Positions 29,627 through 39,031 of a stretch of DNA of 64,000 nt are shown one piece after another. This DNA is from Defluviicoccus sp. GTDB taxonomy: Bacteria > Pseudomonadota > Alphaproteobacteria > MPNO01. The stretch covers positions 12,114 through 76,113 of the forward strand of contig JAPPGP010000186.1 in assembly GCA_028821395.1 (NCBI GenBank), read 5' to 3'. Within the stretch, counting starts at the first letter, position 1. Each line of letters starts with the position of its first letter. A program made the translations under genes and the position numbers. The notes under the pieces are model-generated. The model was not told the DNA's origin. It was given only the letters and a program-made list of their open reading frames with translations, and did no database searches.

Positions 29627-30631
29627 TCAGCTGCCGACGTTGGCCGCCTGCGCGGCCTCGATCAGCTCGGCGCCGATATCCTTCTCGAACTTCTTCCACA
29701 CCGGCTGGAGCGCCTTCACCCAGGCCTGGCGCTGCTGCGCGTCCAGGGTGCGGATCTTGCCGCCCGACTCGACGATCTTCTGCTTGTTCTCCTGGTTCAC
29801 GGTCCAGGCTTCCTTGTTGCGCTTGACCGTGACCTCCATGAGGATCTTGGCGAATGGCCCGCGGACGTCCTCGGGCAGCCCGTCCCACCATTCGGTCGAG
29901 GCGACGACGAGGTAGTCGATGATGCCGTGATTGGTCTCGGTCACGCCGTCCTGCACCTCGAAGAACTTCTTGCCGTAGATGTTCGACCAGGTGTTCTCCT
30001 GGCCGTCGACCACCTTGGTCTGGAGCGCGCCGTAGACCTCCTTGAAGGCCATCTTCTGCGGGTTGGAGCCGAGCTGCCTGAACTGGGCGACCAGCACGTC
30101 GGAGGGCTGGACGCGGAACTTGAGCCCCTTGGCGTCCGCCGGCACCAGCAGCGGCCTGTTGGCCGACATCTGCTTCATGCCGTTGTGCCAGAACTGAAGC
30201 CCCTGCAGGCCGCGGCGCTTCATCGAGTCCTTCAGCGCCTGGCCGGCGTCGGAGTTCTGGAACCGGTCGACCGCGGCGATGTCCTTGAACATGAAGGGCA
30301 GGTCGAAAATGCGGAACTTCTTGGTGAACTTCTCGAACTTCGACAGAGACGGCGCGGCGAGCTGGACGTCGCCCTGGAGCATCGCCTCCAGCACCTTGTT
30401 GTCGTCATAGAGGGTGGAGTTGGGGAAGACCTGCATGCAGGCCTTGCCGTTCATCTCGGCGTTCACCCGCTTGGCCAGAAGCGTCGCCGCGATCCCCTTG
30501 GGGTGCTTGTCGGTGTTGGTGACGTGGCTGAACTTGATGACCTTCTCGCCCTTGTCGCACTTGGCGGACGCCTCGGCGGCAAGGCCGGCCACGGCGACGG
30601 CCGCGACAGCGGTGACGATCGCTTTCCGCAT
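29627..30631 (-). CDS. dctP: TRAP transporter substrate-binding protein (C4-dicarboxylate type)
   Basis: Signal peptide MRKAIVTAVAAV; IKFSHV..HPKG, FDLPF, WHNGMKQ, GLKFRVQ, VVDGQENTWSNI. Confidence 0.92.
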   Translation of the reverse strand: MRKAIVTAVAAVAVAGLAAEASAKCDKGEKVIKFSHVTNTDKHPKGIAATLLAKRVNAEMNGKACMQVFPNSTLYDDNKVLEAMLQGDVQLAAPSLSKFEKFTKKFRIFDLPFMFKDIAAVDRFQNSDAGQALKDSMKRRGLQGLQFWHNGMKQMSANRPLLVPADAKGLKFRVQPSDVLVAQFRQLGSNPQKMAFKEVYGALQTKVVDGQENTWSNIYGKKFFEVQDGVTETNHGIIDYLVVASTEWWDGLPEDVRGPFAKILMEVTVKRNKEAWTVNQENKQKIVESGGKIRTLDAQQRQAWVKALQPVWKKFEKDIGAELIEAAQAANVGS

Positions 30632-30719
30632 CGAATTTCTCCCTTGAGGAATGCCTTGGTGGAACCGGGGTCCAGCCCCGTCCACCTTGGCGGCACGGTA
30701 GGTAATCGGGCGAGGACCG

Positions 30720-31766
30720 TCAACTTTCCCGGCCGGCTTCCCCGGACCCGCCGGCGATGGCGCGGTGCAGGTCGAGCAGGCTGAGAACGGTTTCAGGGTC
30801 GCGCCTGCCGAAGCCGCATTCGGTGGCGATCCCGAAGCCGGAAACCACGCGTTCGGCCGCGGCGATGCGCCGCCTCGCACCGGCGATCCCGTCGGTGAAA
30901 TGGACCAGCCCGAGATGGAGCCGGGTGCCCGGATCGAGCGCGAGGCCGGCGAGCGGTGCGAAATAGGCGTCGTCGTCGCGCTCGCGCGGTACCGGGATGT
31001 GGATCCAGTCGATCGGGCGGGCGACCGAAGCGGCGATCGCGTTGGCGATGCGGACGAGGACGGCCGTGTCCTCCGGCTCCTTCCAGTGCCGGTGGTTCAT
31101 GTCGCCGTAGCAGAGATGGAAGCCGAGCTCGACCTCCGCCGGCACCGCATCGCCGAGACGCGCGATGCGCTCGATCAGCGCCCGCTCCGGCGCCTCGCCG
31201 AGAAAGGGGAGGGGAAAAAGGCCCTCGAAGATGCTCATCTCGGTGGCTACGTCCCACTGCACCGCGAGCCGGGTGGCCGGCACCGTGCGGCAGATCTCGG
31301 CGAGCTCCGCCAGCATGCGGGCCTCGTAGAGCGGCGCCACCGCGCCCTGGTCGCGATAGGCGACGAAGGAATAGACCGGCGCGAAGGGGGTGGGCAGGCA
31401 GACCTGGAAGCGGCAGCTTTCCGGCACCGCGCCCTCCTCGACGGCTGCCGTGAAATCCCGCCAGGAGGCCGCCGCCGCGCGCGCATAGCCGAGCTCGCCA
31501 AACGCCATATCGTCCGCGCCCCGGCCCGGCGCGAGGCGAAACGGCGGTCCGAGCTGGTACTCGCGCTCCTTCGCTTCCGATACGACCAGCGCCTCCTGCT
31601 CGGCGAACAGGCGATGCTGCCACGAGATCCAGTTTCTGCGGATCCCGGTCTCGCCGTCGGGTATGCGCGCAAGACGGTCGCCGAGGCGCCGTCCCGCCTC
31701 GCGAAACACCGTGGCCGCATCTTCCAGCGGGATGCTGCCGACAAGATGGACCGGACGTTCCGCCAT
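30720..31766 (-). CDS. Hypothetical protein with MetE-like (cobalamin-independent methionine synthase C-terminal/Zn-thiol transferase) barrel
   Basis: HLVGSIP, RIPDGETG, FHLCYGD (H-x-C), IATECGFGR. Confidence 0.7.
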   Translation of the reverse strand: MAERPVHLVGSIPLEDAATVFREAGRRLGDRLARIPDGETGIRRNWISWQHRLFAEQEALVVSEAKEREYQLGPPFRLAPGRGADDMAFGELGYARAAAASWRDFTAAVEEGAVPESCRFQVCLPTPFAPVYSFVAYRDQGAVAPLYEARMLAELAEICRTVPATRLAVQWDVATEMSIFEGLFPLPFLGEAPERALIERIARLGDAVPAEVELGFHLCYGDMNHRHWKEPEDTAVLVRIANAIAASVARPIDWIHIPVPRERDDDAYFAPLAGLALDPGTRLHLGLVHFTDGIAGARRRIAAAERVVSGFGIATECGFGRRDPETVLSLLDLHRAIAGGSGEAGRES

Positions 31767-31768
31767 GT

Positions 31769-32173
31769 TCAGCCCGGGACCACCGCCAGCAGGTCGATCT
31801 CGATCAGGAATTGCGGGTTGGACAGGCGGGTGACGCCCACCAGGGTCGAGGGGGCCGGCTTGTCGGGATCGCCGAATACCGGGGTGGTGGGATCGGTCTG
31901 GATCCTAAGATACTCGTCCACGTCGAGGACGAAGATCCGGCGGTACACCACGTCTTCCCAGCCGGCGCCGGCGGCCTTGAGCTGGACTTCCAGGTTCTCG
32001 TTCACCTGGATGTACTGCGCCCGGTAGTCGCCCGGCGCCACCGGGCGGTAGTTCTCGTCCGACGGCGTCTGGCCGGCGATGAAGACCAGCTTCATCGGCC
32101 CGGTGACGGTGACCACGCGGGTGAAGGCGGGGTGCCTGTAGATCCCGTCGGGGTTGATGTGCTCGCGTTCCAT
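31769..32173 (-). CDS. RidA/YjgF family protein
   Basis: VFIAGQTP, NLEVQLKAAGAGWEDVV, PAPSTLVGVTRL..FLIEID. Confidence 0.88.
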   Translation of the reverse strand: MEREHINPDGIYRHPAFTRVVTVTGPMKLVFIAGQTPSDENYRPVAPGDYRAQYIQVNENLEVQLKAAGAGWEDVVYRRIFVLDVDEYLRIQTDPTTPVFGDPDKPAPSTLVGVTRLSNPQFLIEIDLLAVVPG

Positions 32174-32199
32174 CGCCGCTCTCCCTGGTCGTGGAGGCG

Positions 32200-32892
32200 C
32201 TACTCTAGCGGACGCTCGGGGTCGGGTGGCAGGGCGATGCCGAAGCGGCGTCGCAACAGGTCATCGATCAGGTCGAAGCAGGAGCCGTAGCGCACCACCC
32301 GCATGCGCCCGACATCGATCATCGTGGAAGACTTGCCGTAGCGGTTCCAGCGCGCGAGCCCGTAATCGATCACGATGTCGGCGGCCGCGCGGATTTCGGG
32401 CTCGATGTCTTCGGCGCGGAATTTCACCCCCTGGAGCGAGATGTTGGCCGACGAGCCGATCACCAAACGGTCGTCGGCAAACGCGATCCGCGCCAGCTCG
32501 TCGAGCAGCTTCCCGGCGTTGAGCAGCATCGCGATGGTGCCCTCGTCGGTGGTCTGGTCGAGCACGTCCTCGTCCAGCGAGGCGAGCGCCGGGTGGTCGA
32601 GCCGGCCCGGCGCGACCGTTCCCATCGGCAGGTCCGCATCGCCCACGATGGCCGAGACGACGGCGCGGCGGTTATCGTCCAGCACGTGCAGGTCCCGGTG
32701 CATCTCCAGGCAGCCGCACATGGCGTTGAGCTTGTCGGGCAAGCGCCGCTTGACCTCGAAGATCTTCCAAATCGCGGCACCGGAGACGCCGAGGATGACG
32801 TAGCCCACGTCGGTCGGAACGATCCCGACACCGCCCTCGGCCAGCGTCGCATAGACCCGCTGCGCGTCCGCTCGATAATCATGAAAAGACAT
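32200..32892 (-). CDS. Divergent Sua5/YrdC-fold protein
   Basis: GGVGIVPTDVGY, IFEVKRR, GSSANIS, AADIVIDYG, SSTMID. Confidence 0.75.
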   Translation of the reverse strand: MSFHDYRADAQRVYATLAEGGVGIVPTDVGYVILGVSGAAIWKIFEVKRRLPDKLNAMCGCLEMHRDLHVLDDNRRAVVSAIVGDADLPMGTVAPGRLDHPALASLDEDVLDQTTDEGTIAMLLNAGKLLDELARIAFADDRLVIGSSANISLQGVKFRAEDIEPEIRAAADIVIDYGLARWNRYGKSSTMIDVGRMRVVRYGSCFDLIDDLLRRRFGIALPPDPERPLE

Positions 32893-32896
32893 AATG

Positions 32897-33394
32897 TTAA
32901 GAAGGTTTCTTCCAGTAGCTCTTCATCACGTCTTCGACCCAGCCCGGCTCGCGGATCTCGCTGCGCGGGGCGAAGGCGGTCATGTAGGGCTTGATGTCGA
33001 TCACCGGCGTGCCGTCGATGGCATCGAGTCCCTGGACACGGACCGTCGTCCTCTCCACGCCCAGCACGCGGCACACCGTGGAGCCGATCAGGTTGGGCCG
33101 GTAATGGCCGCGCTGGGCGAAGATCCCGGTGAGCGGCAGGTCGGGATCGTTGCGCGGGTGGCGCGCGCCGGTGACGATGGTCGAGGGATCTGTGACGTGG
33201 AAGCGGAACAGGACGACGGCGTGGGAGAAGCCGTCGAGCCCGCGGATCGAATCGGCGCCGAGCCAGTCGGTGTCGAGCTCGATGGCGGCCTTCACGCTGT
33301 CCCAGTCGTCGTTGAACGGCTCCTTGCGCCCGCCGCGGACGAAGCCGATGGGGCGCAGCGCGACGGTCGCCGTCACGGCGCGTTCGGCGTCCAC
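32897..33394 (-). CDS. TsaA/TrmO (YaeB)-like SAM-binding protein
   Basis: LRPIGFV, GLDGFSHAVVLFRFH, GIFAQRG..RPNLIG, GLDAIDGTPVIDIKPY; GTG start overlapping the nitroreductase end. Confidence 0.85.
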   Translation of the reverse strand: MDAERAVTATVALRPIGFVRGGRKEPFNDDWDSVKAAIELDTDWLGADSIRGLDGFSHAVVLFRFHVTDPSTIVTGARHPRNDPDLPLTGIFAQRGHYRPNLIGSTVCRVLGVERTTVRVQGLDAIDGTPVIDIKPYMTAFAPRSEIREPGWVEDVMKSYWKKPS

Positions 33395-33954
33395 TCGCGG
33401 ACCACGGTCTCGTACTCCGCCCGGGTGCGTTCGGCGGGCGGTTCCTTGGCGGTGCCGACATAGACGAAACCCGCCACCCGCTCGTTCTCGCCGCAGCCGA
33501 GCGCCGCCGCCACGTCGTCGTTATAGGCCGGCCACTCGGTCAGCCACTGCGCTGAGTAGCCGATGGCATGCGCCGCGTTGAGCATGTTCATGCAGACCGC
33601 GCCCGAGGACAGCGTCTGCTCCCATTCCGGGATCTTGTGCTCGGGCGTGATCCGCGAGGTGACCGCGACCACGACGGGGGCGCGCTGGAAGCGCTCGCGT
33701 TCGACCTCGATCAGCTCGTCGAACGCATCCGGGTTCTCCTTCTTGAACGCCTCCGCCAAGATATCGCCGAAGGCGGCCCGGGCGGCGCCCTTGATGACGG
33801 CGAACCGCCAGGGTCCGAGCTTTCCATGGTCCGGCACCCGCATGCCGGTCTTGAGGATCATGTCGAGCTCTTCGTCGCTCGGCCCCGGGTCGCCCAGATT
33901 GCGCGCCGTCACCGAGCGGCGGGTCATCAGAAAGTCCAAAATTTCGGCGTGCAT
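33373..33954 (-). CDS. Nitroreductase (YdjA-like)
   Basis: LMTRRSV, RVPDHGKLGPWRF, RAPVVVAV, IPEWEQ, AHAIGYSAQWLT, GFVYVGT. Confidence 0.92.
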   Translation of the reverse strand: MHAEILDFLMTRRSVTARNLGDPGPSDEELDMILKTGMRVPDHGKLGPWRFAVIKGAARAAFGDILAEAFKKENPDAFDELIEVERERFQRAPVVVAVTSRITPEHKIPEWEQTLSSGAVCMNMLNAAHAIGYSAQWLTEWPAYNDDVAAALGCGENERVAGFVYVGTAKEPPAERTRAEYETVVREWTPNAP

Positions 33955-34044
33955 GTTTTCCTCCTCGCCGTCCGGGGCGGGGCAGGCCCTGCCCCGGACC
34001 CCGGCTCCTCCGTCCATGTCTATGGAAGCGATCCCGGGGCGGTT

Positions 34045-34317
34045 CTATTGCGCCGCCTGCCGGCCCGCAACCGCTTCGCGGAGACCATCGAGCAGCCCTT
34101 CGAGCCGGGCCACCCGCTCCACCAGGGCGGTCAGCCGCTCGTCCACCCCGCCGATCCGCGCCTCCAGGCCGTCCATCCGCCTATCCAGGCTGTCCATCCA
34201 CCGCTCGAGCCGTTGCTCCAGTCGGTCGATCCGGCGGTCCAGCCGGCCGAGCAGGGTAAGCATCGTCCCGGCCAGGGCGACCCCGACGGCGAGGATGGCG
34301 ATCAGCTCGGGCGACAT
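34045..34317 (-). CDS. Small membrane-anchored coiled-coil protein
   Basis: N-terminal hydrophobic helix (ELIAILAVGVALAGTMLTLL), then heptads LDRRIDR/LEQRLER/LDRRMDG/LEARIGG/VDERLTA/LVERVAR/LEG. Confidence 0.75.
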   Translation of the reverse strand: MSPELIAILAVGVALAGTMLTLLGRLDRRIDRLEQRLERWMDSLDRRMDGLEARIGGVDERLTALVERVARLEGLLDGLREAVAGRQAAQ

Positions 34318-34351
34318 GGGCCGAGCCTAGTGCAGGCTGCGCCGGATGTCA

Positions 34352-35998
34352 TCACCCGCCGGTCCCGGCGCGCTCGCGTTCGAGGGCGCGCAGCGCGCCA
34401 CGCTGGATCTTGCCCGTCGGGGTCAACGGCAGGGCGTCGACGAACTCGATGGCGCGCGGGTACTTGAAGGCGGAGATCTGCGATTTCACGTAGTCCTGCA
34501 GCTCCTCGGCCAGGGTGGAGTCGCCCACCGCTCCGTCGAAGAGCGCGACGAAGGCCTTCACGATCGCGCCGCGGTCGGGATCGGGCGAGCCGACGACGGC
34601 GCATTCGCGCACGCTCGGGTGTTCGAGCAGCACCGCCTCGACCTCCAGCCCCGAGACGTTGTACCCGCTGGTCAGGATCATGTCGTCGGTGCGCGCCTCG
34701 TAGTAGACATAGCCGTCCTCGTCGACGCGGCAGAGATCGCCCGACAGGTTCCAGCCGTCGCGCACGTATTTCGCCTGGCGCTCGGCGTCGTCGAGATAGC
34801 GGCAGCCGTTGGGGCCCCTGACGATCATCTGGCCGATCTCGCCCGGCGCGGTGTCCTCGAACTCTTCGTCGACCACCCGCACCCGGAAGCCCGGTATCTC
34901 CTTGCCGATGGCGCCCGGCCTGATGTCGTCGCCGGCGGCCGAGATGAAGATGTGCAGAAGCTCCGAGATGCCGAGCCCGTTGATCATCGAGACCCCGGTG
35001 ATGTCCTTCCAGCGCTCGAACACCGCTGGCGCCAGCGGCTCCCCGCCGCCGACGCAGACCCGGAGGCTGGACAGGTCGTAGCTCGCGGCCTCCTCCAGCA
35101 TCAGCTTGTAGCCCGAGGGCGTCGAGAAGCAGACCGTCGCGCGGGTCTTCTCGATGGTCTCCAGCAGCAGCTTCGGCGTCGCCCGCTCCAGCAGCACGGT
35201 CTCGGCGCCGAAGCGAGGCGCGTCGACCAGGAAGGCACAGAGCCCGTACAAAAAGGCGATCTGCGGCGAGCCGCAGACGATGTCGCCCGGGCGGATGTCG
35301 ACGATGCGCCCGGCGAAGCAGTCGGCGGCGGCGAGCAGGTCGCGGTGGAAGTGGATGGTTCCCTTGGGCGTCCCGGTCGAGCCCGAGGTGAAGCCGACGA
35401 TGGCGACGTCCTCGGCGGCGGTGTCGACATTGGCGAAGGTCGCGGGCTTGGCCTCGGCGAGGGCCTCCAGACCGTCCGCCGGGTCGCCGAAATAGAGCAC
35501 GCGGCGGAGGTCGGCGCAGGACGGCGCCGCCGCCTCGATATCGGCGGCCAGATCGCGATGGGAAATCGCCAGTTGAATCCGCGCCTTGCCGGCGATGTAC
35601 TCGATCTCCCGGGCGCGCAGCGTCGGCATGGTGGTGACCGCGACCCCGCCCGCCTTGAGCACCGCGTACCAGGCAGCCGCCAGCATCGGGTGGTTGCCCG
35701 AGCGCAGCAGCACTCGGTTGCCGGGGACCAGCCCGCAATCCTCGACCAGGAAATTGGCGATGCGGTTGGCCCGGGCCAAGACCTCGCCATAGGTCCAGAC
35801 CGACCCGCCGAAGCGGAACATGGGCTTGTCCGCCGAGCCGCCCGCCGCCTGCCGGTCGAGCAGCTCGACGGCGGCGTTGAACCGCGCCGGGTAGGCGGCG
35901 AGCTCCGGCAGGACGGAATAGTCCATCTCCGGCCACAGCGCGCGCGGCGGCAGGTTGTCATTGAGGAAGTGGTCGACATGCGCAGACGGTTCGCTCAT
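34352..35998 (-). CDS. Aryl-CoA ligase (2-aminobenzoate/benzoate-CoA ligase family)
   Basis: SAHVDHFLNDNLPP N-terminus, FTSGSTGTPKGTIHFHRD, ELLHIFIS, RGPNGCRYL, GWNLSGD, KYPRAIEF..LPLTPTGK. Confidence 0.88.
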   Translation of the reverse strand: MSEPSAHVDHFLNDNLPPRALWPEMDYSVLPELAAYPARFNAAVELLDRQAAGGSADKPMFRFGGSVWTYGEVLARANRIANFLVEDCGLVPGNRVLLRSGNHPMLAAAWYAVLKAGGVAVTTMPTLRAREIEYIAGKARIQLAISHRDLAADIEAAAPSCADLRRVLYFGDPADGLEALAEAKPATFANVDTAAEDVAIVGFTSGSTGTPKGTIHFHRDLLAAADCFAGRIVDIRPGDIVCGSPQIAFLYGLCAFLVDAPRFGAETVLLERATPKLLLETIEKTRATVCFSTPSGYKLMLEEAASYDLSSLRVCVGGGEPLAPAVFERWKDITGVSMINGLGISELLHIFISAAGDDIRPGAIGKEIPGFRVRVVDEEFEDTAPGEIGQMIVRGPNGCRYLDDAERQAKYVRDGWNLSGDLCRVDEDGYVYYEARTDDMILTSGYNVSGLEVEAVLLEHPSVRECAVVGSPDPDRGAIVKAFVALFDGAVGDSTLAEELQDYVKSQISAFKYPRAIEFVDALPLTPTGKIQRGALRALERERAGTGG

Positions 35999-36061
35999 CG
36001 GCGGAACCTAGCCGCGCCGCCATGGCGAGCCAAGGGGCGCTGGCTCCAACGCCATGATTGT

Positions 36062-36082
36062 CTTGACCAAGCACTTGACCAA
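36062..36082. promoter_or_regulatory. Direct repeat CTTGACCAA x2 upstream of the TA operon (putative operator/promoter)
   Basis: CTTGACCAA-GCA-CTTGACCAA about 50 nt upstream of the antitoxin start. Confidence 0.5.
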
Positions 36083-36131
36083 CGTTAGCGTCCGGCCTCC
36101 AACTACGAACGGCGCAGGGAACACCGAAAAC

Positions 36132-36374
36132 ATGGCACGCCACGTCAAGATCGGAGAAGCCAAGACGCACCTGTCCGCGCTGCTCGCGCGCGTCGAGGCC
36201 GGCGAAGAGCTCGTGATCTGCCGCGGCTCCACGCCGATCGCCCGCGTCACGCGAATCGTTTCCGCCACCGATCACGCAGCCCTCGTCGAAACTCTCCGCC
36301 GGGAAAGAGCCAAGCAGCAGCCGGTGACCACGGCCGAAATCCTTGCCTGGCGACACGAAGGGCACGCGCGCTGA
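36132..36374 (+). CDS. Phd/YefM family antitoxin
   Basis: VKIGEAKTHLSALLARVEAGEELVICRGSTPIAR. Confidence 0.9.
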   Translation: MARHVKIGEAKTHLSALLARVEAGEELVICRGSTPIARVTRIVSATDHAALVETLRRERAKQQPVTTAEILAWRHEGHAR

Positions 36375-36775
36375 TGGCATTGGTGATCGACGCCTCTATC
36401 GCGGCCGCCTGGCTGCTGCCCGACGAACGGGCCGAACTGGCGGAAACGGCCATTAGGCGGCTCGCTGACGAAACCGCCAGCGTTCCGGACCTTTTCTGGC
36501 ACGAGCTCCGCAACATCCTGATTTCCGCCGAGCGCCGCGGACGCATCGACCGGCACCATGCAGACGCTTCCCTGGCGCGCATCCGGGGGCTTCCGATCCA
36601 CGCTCCGCGCCAGGCTGAGGACGCTCACGTTCTTGCCCTGGCGCGGCGTCACCGCCTGACCGCCTACGACTCCAGCTATCTCGCTCTGGCGATCCAGGAA
36701 CATTGTCCGCTGGCCACGCTCGACCGCCAGTTGAACGATGCCGCTACGGCGGAAGGATTGCCGGGATTCGCCTGA
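36374..36775 (+). CDS. vapC: VapC/PIN-domain toxin
   Basis: LVIDASIAAAWLLPDE, LTAYDSSYLALA, LATLDRQL; TGATG coupling. Confidence 0.9.
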   Translation: MALVIDASIAAAWLLPDERAELAETAIRRLADETASVPDLFWHELRNILISAERRGRIDRHHADASLARIRGLPIHAPRQAEDAHVLALARRHRLTAYDSSYLALAIQEHCPLATLDRQLNDAATAEGLPGFA

Positions 36776-36874
36776 TCCCATCCTCCGGCCCTGTCGACGA
36801 ACGCCGCTCCGTGGCGGTTCCATCCGGGGCGGATACGCTATAGGGTCCGGCGCCCGCCACGAAGGTCGCCGCCG

Positions 36875-38887
36875 ATGAACCCGATCGTCCGTCTCGAGCT
36901 GATCCGCGAATCGCTGATCGCCGTGGTCAACGAGATGCGCGCCAACATCATCCACTCGTCCTACGCGCCGATCATCTACGAGGGGCACGATTTCTCCTGC
37001 GCGCTGATGTCGGCCGATGGGCGGCAGATTGCCCAGGGGCTGGCCGACCATCCGCTGCACATCTTCGCCGTGCCCTATTCGACGCAGCGCGTGGTCGAGG
37101 CCTTCGCCGGCGACATCCACGAGGGCGATTTGTTCCTGCACAACGACCCCTATACCGGCGGCACCCATCTGAACGACGTGCTGCTGCTGCACCCGGTGTT
37201 CTTCGAGGGCGATCTCGCCATGTTCGCCGCCATCCGCTGCCACTGGAACGACGTGGGCGGGATGACGCCGGGCAGCCTGTCGGGAAGGGTGAACGAGGTC
37301 TACCAGGAGGGGATGCGGATCACGCCGACCAGGATCTGCTCGAAGGGCGACATGAACGACGCCTTCCTCGAGCTCCTGTTCAACAACATGCGGGGGCGCA
37401 ACGAACGCCTCGGCGACTTCAACGCGATGCTGGGGACGGGCCGCAAGGCGGCCGAGCATATCGGACGGCTGTTCGTGCGCTTCGGCGGGCAGGGGCTGCT
37501 CGACGGGATCGAGGAGCTGATGCGGCGCTCGGAGGGCCTGCTGCGCGCCAGGATCGCCGAATGCCCGGACGGCGTCTATTTCGCCGAGGGCTATATCGAG
37601 AGCGACGGCACCAACCCCGAGCCGCTGGTCGTCCGCCTCCGGCTCACCGTGGACGGCGAGGCGATCACCGCCGATTTCACCGGCACGTCGGCGCAGACCA
37701 ACGGGCCGACCAATTGCGGGCCGGCGATGGCGCTCAACGGGGCCGGCACCATCGTCAAGGCCTTCCTCGATCCGAAGACGCCGATCAACCACGGCTCGTT
37801 CAACCCGATTACCGTGATCGCGCCCGAGCGCAGCATCGTCAACGCGCGCGAGACCGCGCCCTGCGGCGGCATGGCGGAGGTCAAGTTCCTGATCGATGCC
37901 GTCGTCGCCCAGGCGATGAGCCAGGTGGTGCCGGAGATGAGCGTGGGCGACCTCAAGGGCGGGGCCAACCACATCCACATCGCCGGCCCCGCGCCCACCG
38001 GCGAGGGCACCTATATCCACTACGAATGGCCGGCGGGCGGCACCGGCGCGTCCCTCGGCGTCGACGGCAACAACGCGTGCCGCAGCTACAACGAGGGCGA
38101 CTTCAACTCCATTCAGTCGGTAGAGACCGTCGAAGGCGCGTTCCCGCTGCGCGTCGAGCGCTGCGAGCTGCGCCGGGGCTGCTGCGGCGACGGCGCGTCT
38201 CGCGGCGGGTTCGGGCTGCGCCGCGACATCCGAATCCTCGGCGAGAGCGCGATGCTGTCCGTGCTGTCGGAGAAGAACGTCATCCCGCCCTACGGCGTCG
38301 AGGGCGGCAAGGCGGGGGCGTCCAACCGGTTCTTCGTCATCCGCGGCGGCGAGACGGTCGAGCCCTCCGACATGCCGGGCAAGGTGTCGGGCTTCCGGCT
38401 GGAGGCGGGCGACGTTGTGCGCGAGGAGACCGCCGGCGGCGGCGGTCACGGCGATCCGCTCTCGCGAGATCCGGAGCGGGTGCGGGAGGACGTGGTGGGG
38501 GACTACCTGACCCCCGGCCAGGCCGAACGCCGCTACGGCGTGGTGCTCGGCCCCGACCTCGAGGTCGATACGCAAGCGACGCGGACGAAGCGGGAGGCGC
38601 TGGCGGCCGCGCGGCCGAGACCGCGGATCGAGGCGGCGAACGAGGAGATGTTCGACGGCACCAGGCGCCGCGTCATCGTGCCCGCCCGGATCGCCGAGCA
38701 GGCCGGCATCGCCGACGGCGCCCTGGTCGAGGTCTCGACCGGCCGCGGCGCGCCGCTCAGGGCCTGGGCGCGGATCGCCGACGAGGGCTCGGCCGTGCTC
38801 GCCGGTGCATCCAGCCTCGCCATCGTCCGTGCCTCTCCAGGCGACCCGATAGAGATCGCAGCCGCCCGCTCGGTTCCCGAGCTATAG
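36875..38887 (+). CDS. Hydantoinase B / 5-oxoprolinase-family subunit with C-terminal extension
   Basis: YEGHDFSCAL, HNDPYTGGTHLNDV, CHWNDVGG, DFTGTS, GGTGA, RGGFG, TAGGGGHGDP. Confidence 0.9.
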   Translation: MNPIVRLELIRESLIAVVNEMRANIIHSSYAPIIYEGHDFSCALMSADGRQIAQGLADHPLHIFAVPYSTQRVVEAFAGDIHEGDLFLHNDPYTGGTHLNDVLLLHPVFFEGDLAMFAAIRCHWNDVGGMTPGSLSGRVNEVYQEGMRITPTRICSKGDMNDAFLELLFNNMRGRNERLGDFNAMLGTGRKAAEHIGRLFVRFGGQGLLDGIEELMRRSEGLLRARIAECPDGVYFAEGYIESDGTNPEPLVVRLRLTVDGEAITADFTGTSAQTNGPTNCGPAMALNGAGTIVKAFLDPKTPINHGSFNPITVIAPERSIVNARETAPCGGMAEVKFLIDAVVAQAMSQVVPEMSVGDLKGGANHIHIAGPAPTGEGTYIHYEWPAGGTGASLGVDGNNACRSYNEGDFNSIQSVETVEGAFPLRVERCELRRGCCGDGASRGGFGLRRDIRILGESAMLSVLSEKNVIPPYGVEGGKAGASNRFFVIRGGETVEPSDMPGKVSGFRLEAGDVVREETAGGGGHGDPLSRDPERVREDVVGDYLTPGQAERRYGVVLGPDLEVDTQATRTKREALAAARPRPRIEAANEEMFDGTRRRVIVPARIAEQAGIADGALVEVSTGRGAPLRAWARIADEGSAVLAGASSLAIVRASPGDPIEIAAARSVPEL

Positions 38888-38916
38888 CCTAAAATTTCGT
38901 TTCATGCAAATAATGC

Positions 38917-38945
38917 TTGACATGGGACGCAATTTATAGTAAATT
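38917..38945 (+). promoter_or_regulatory. Putative sigma70 promoter upstream of the cysNC-like gene
   Basis: TTGACA-17 nt-TAAATT inside an AT-rich patch (about 38885..38960). Confidence 0.55.
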
Positions 38946-39031
38946 CTCTACGGTGGAGAATTGAGGGCGGGAAGGCGGTTGCGGCGAGTCGAGCTCCTCC
39001 CTGTCGTCACACCGAGCGGAGCCCCGGGGCG

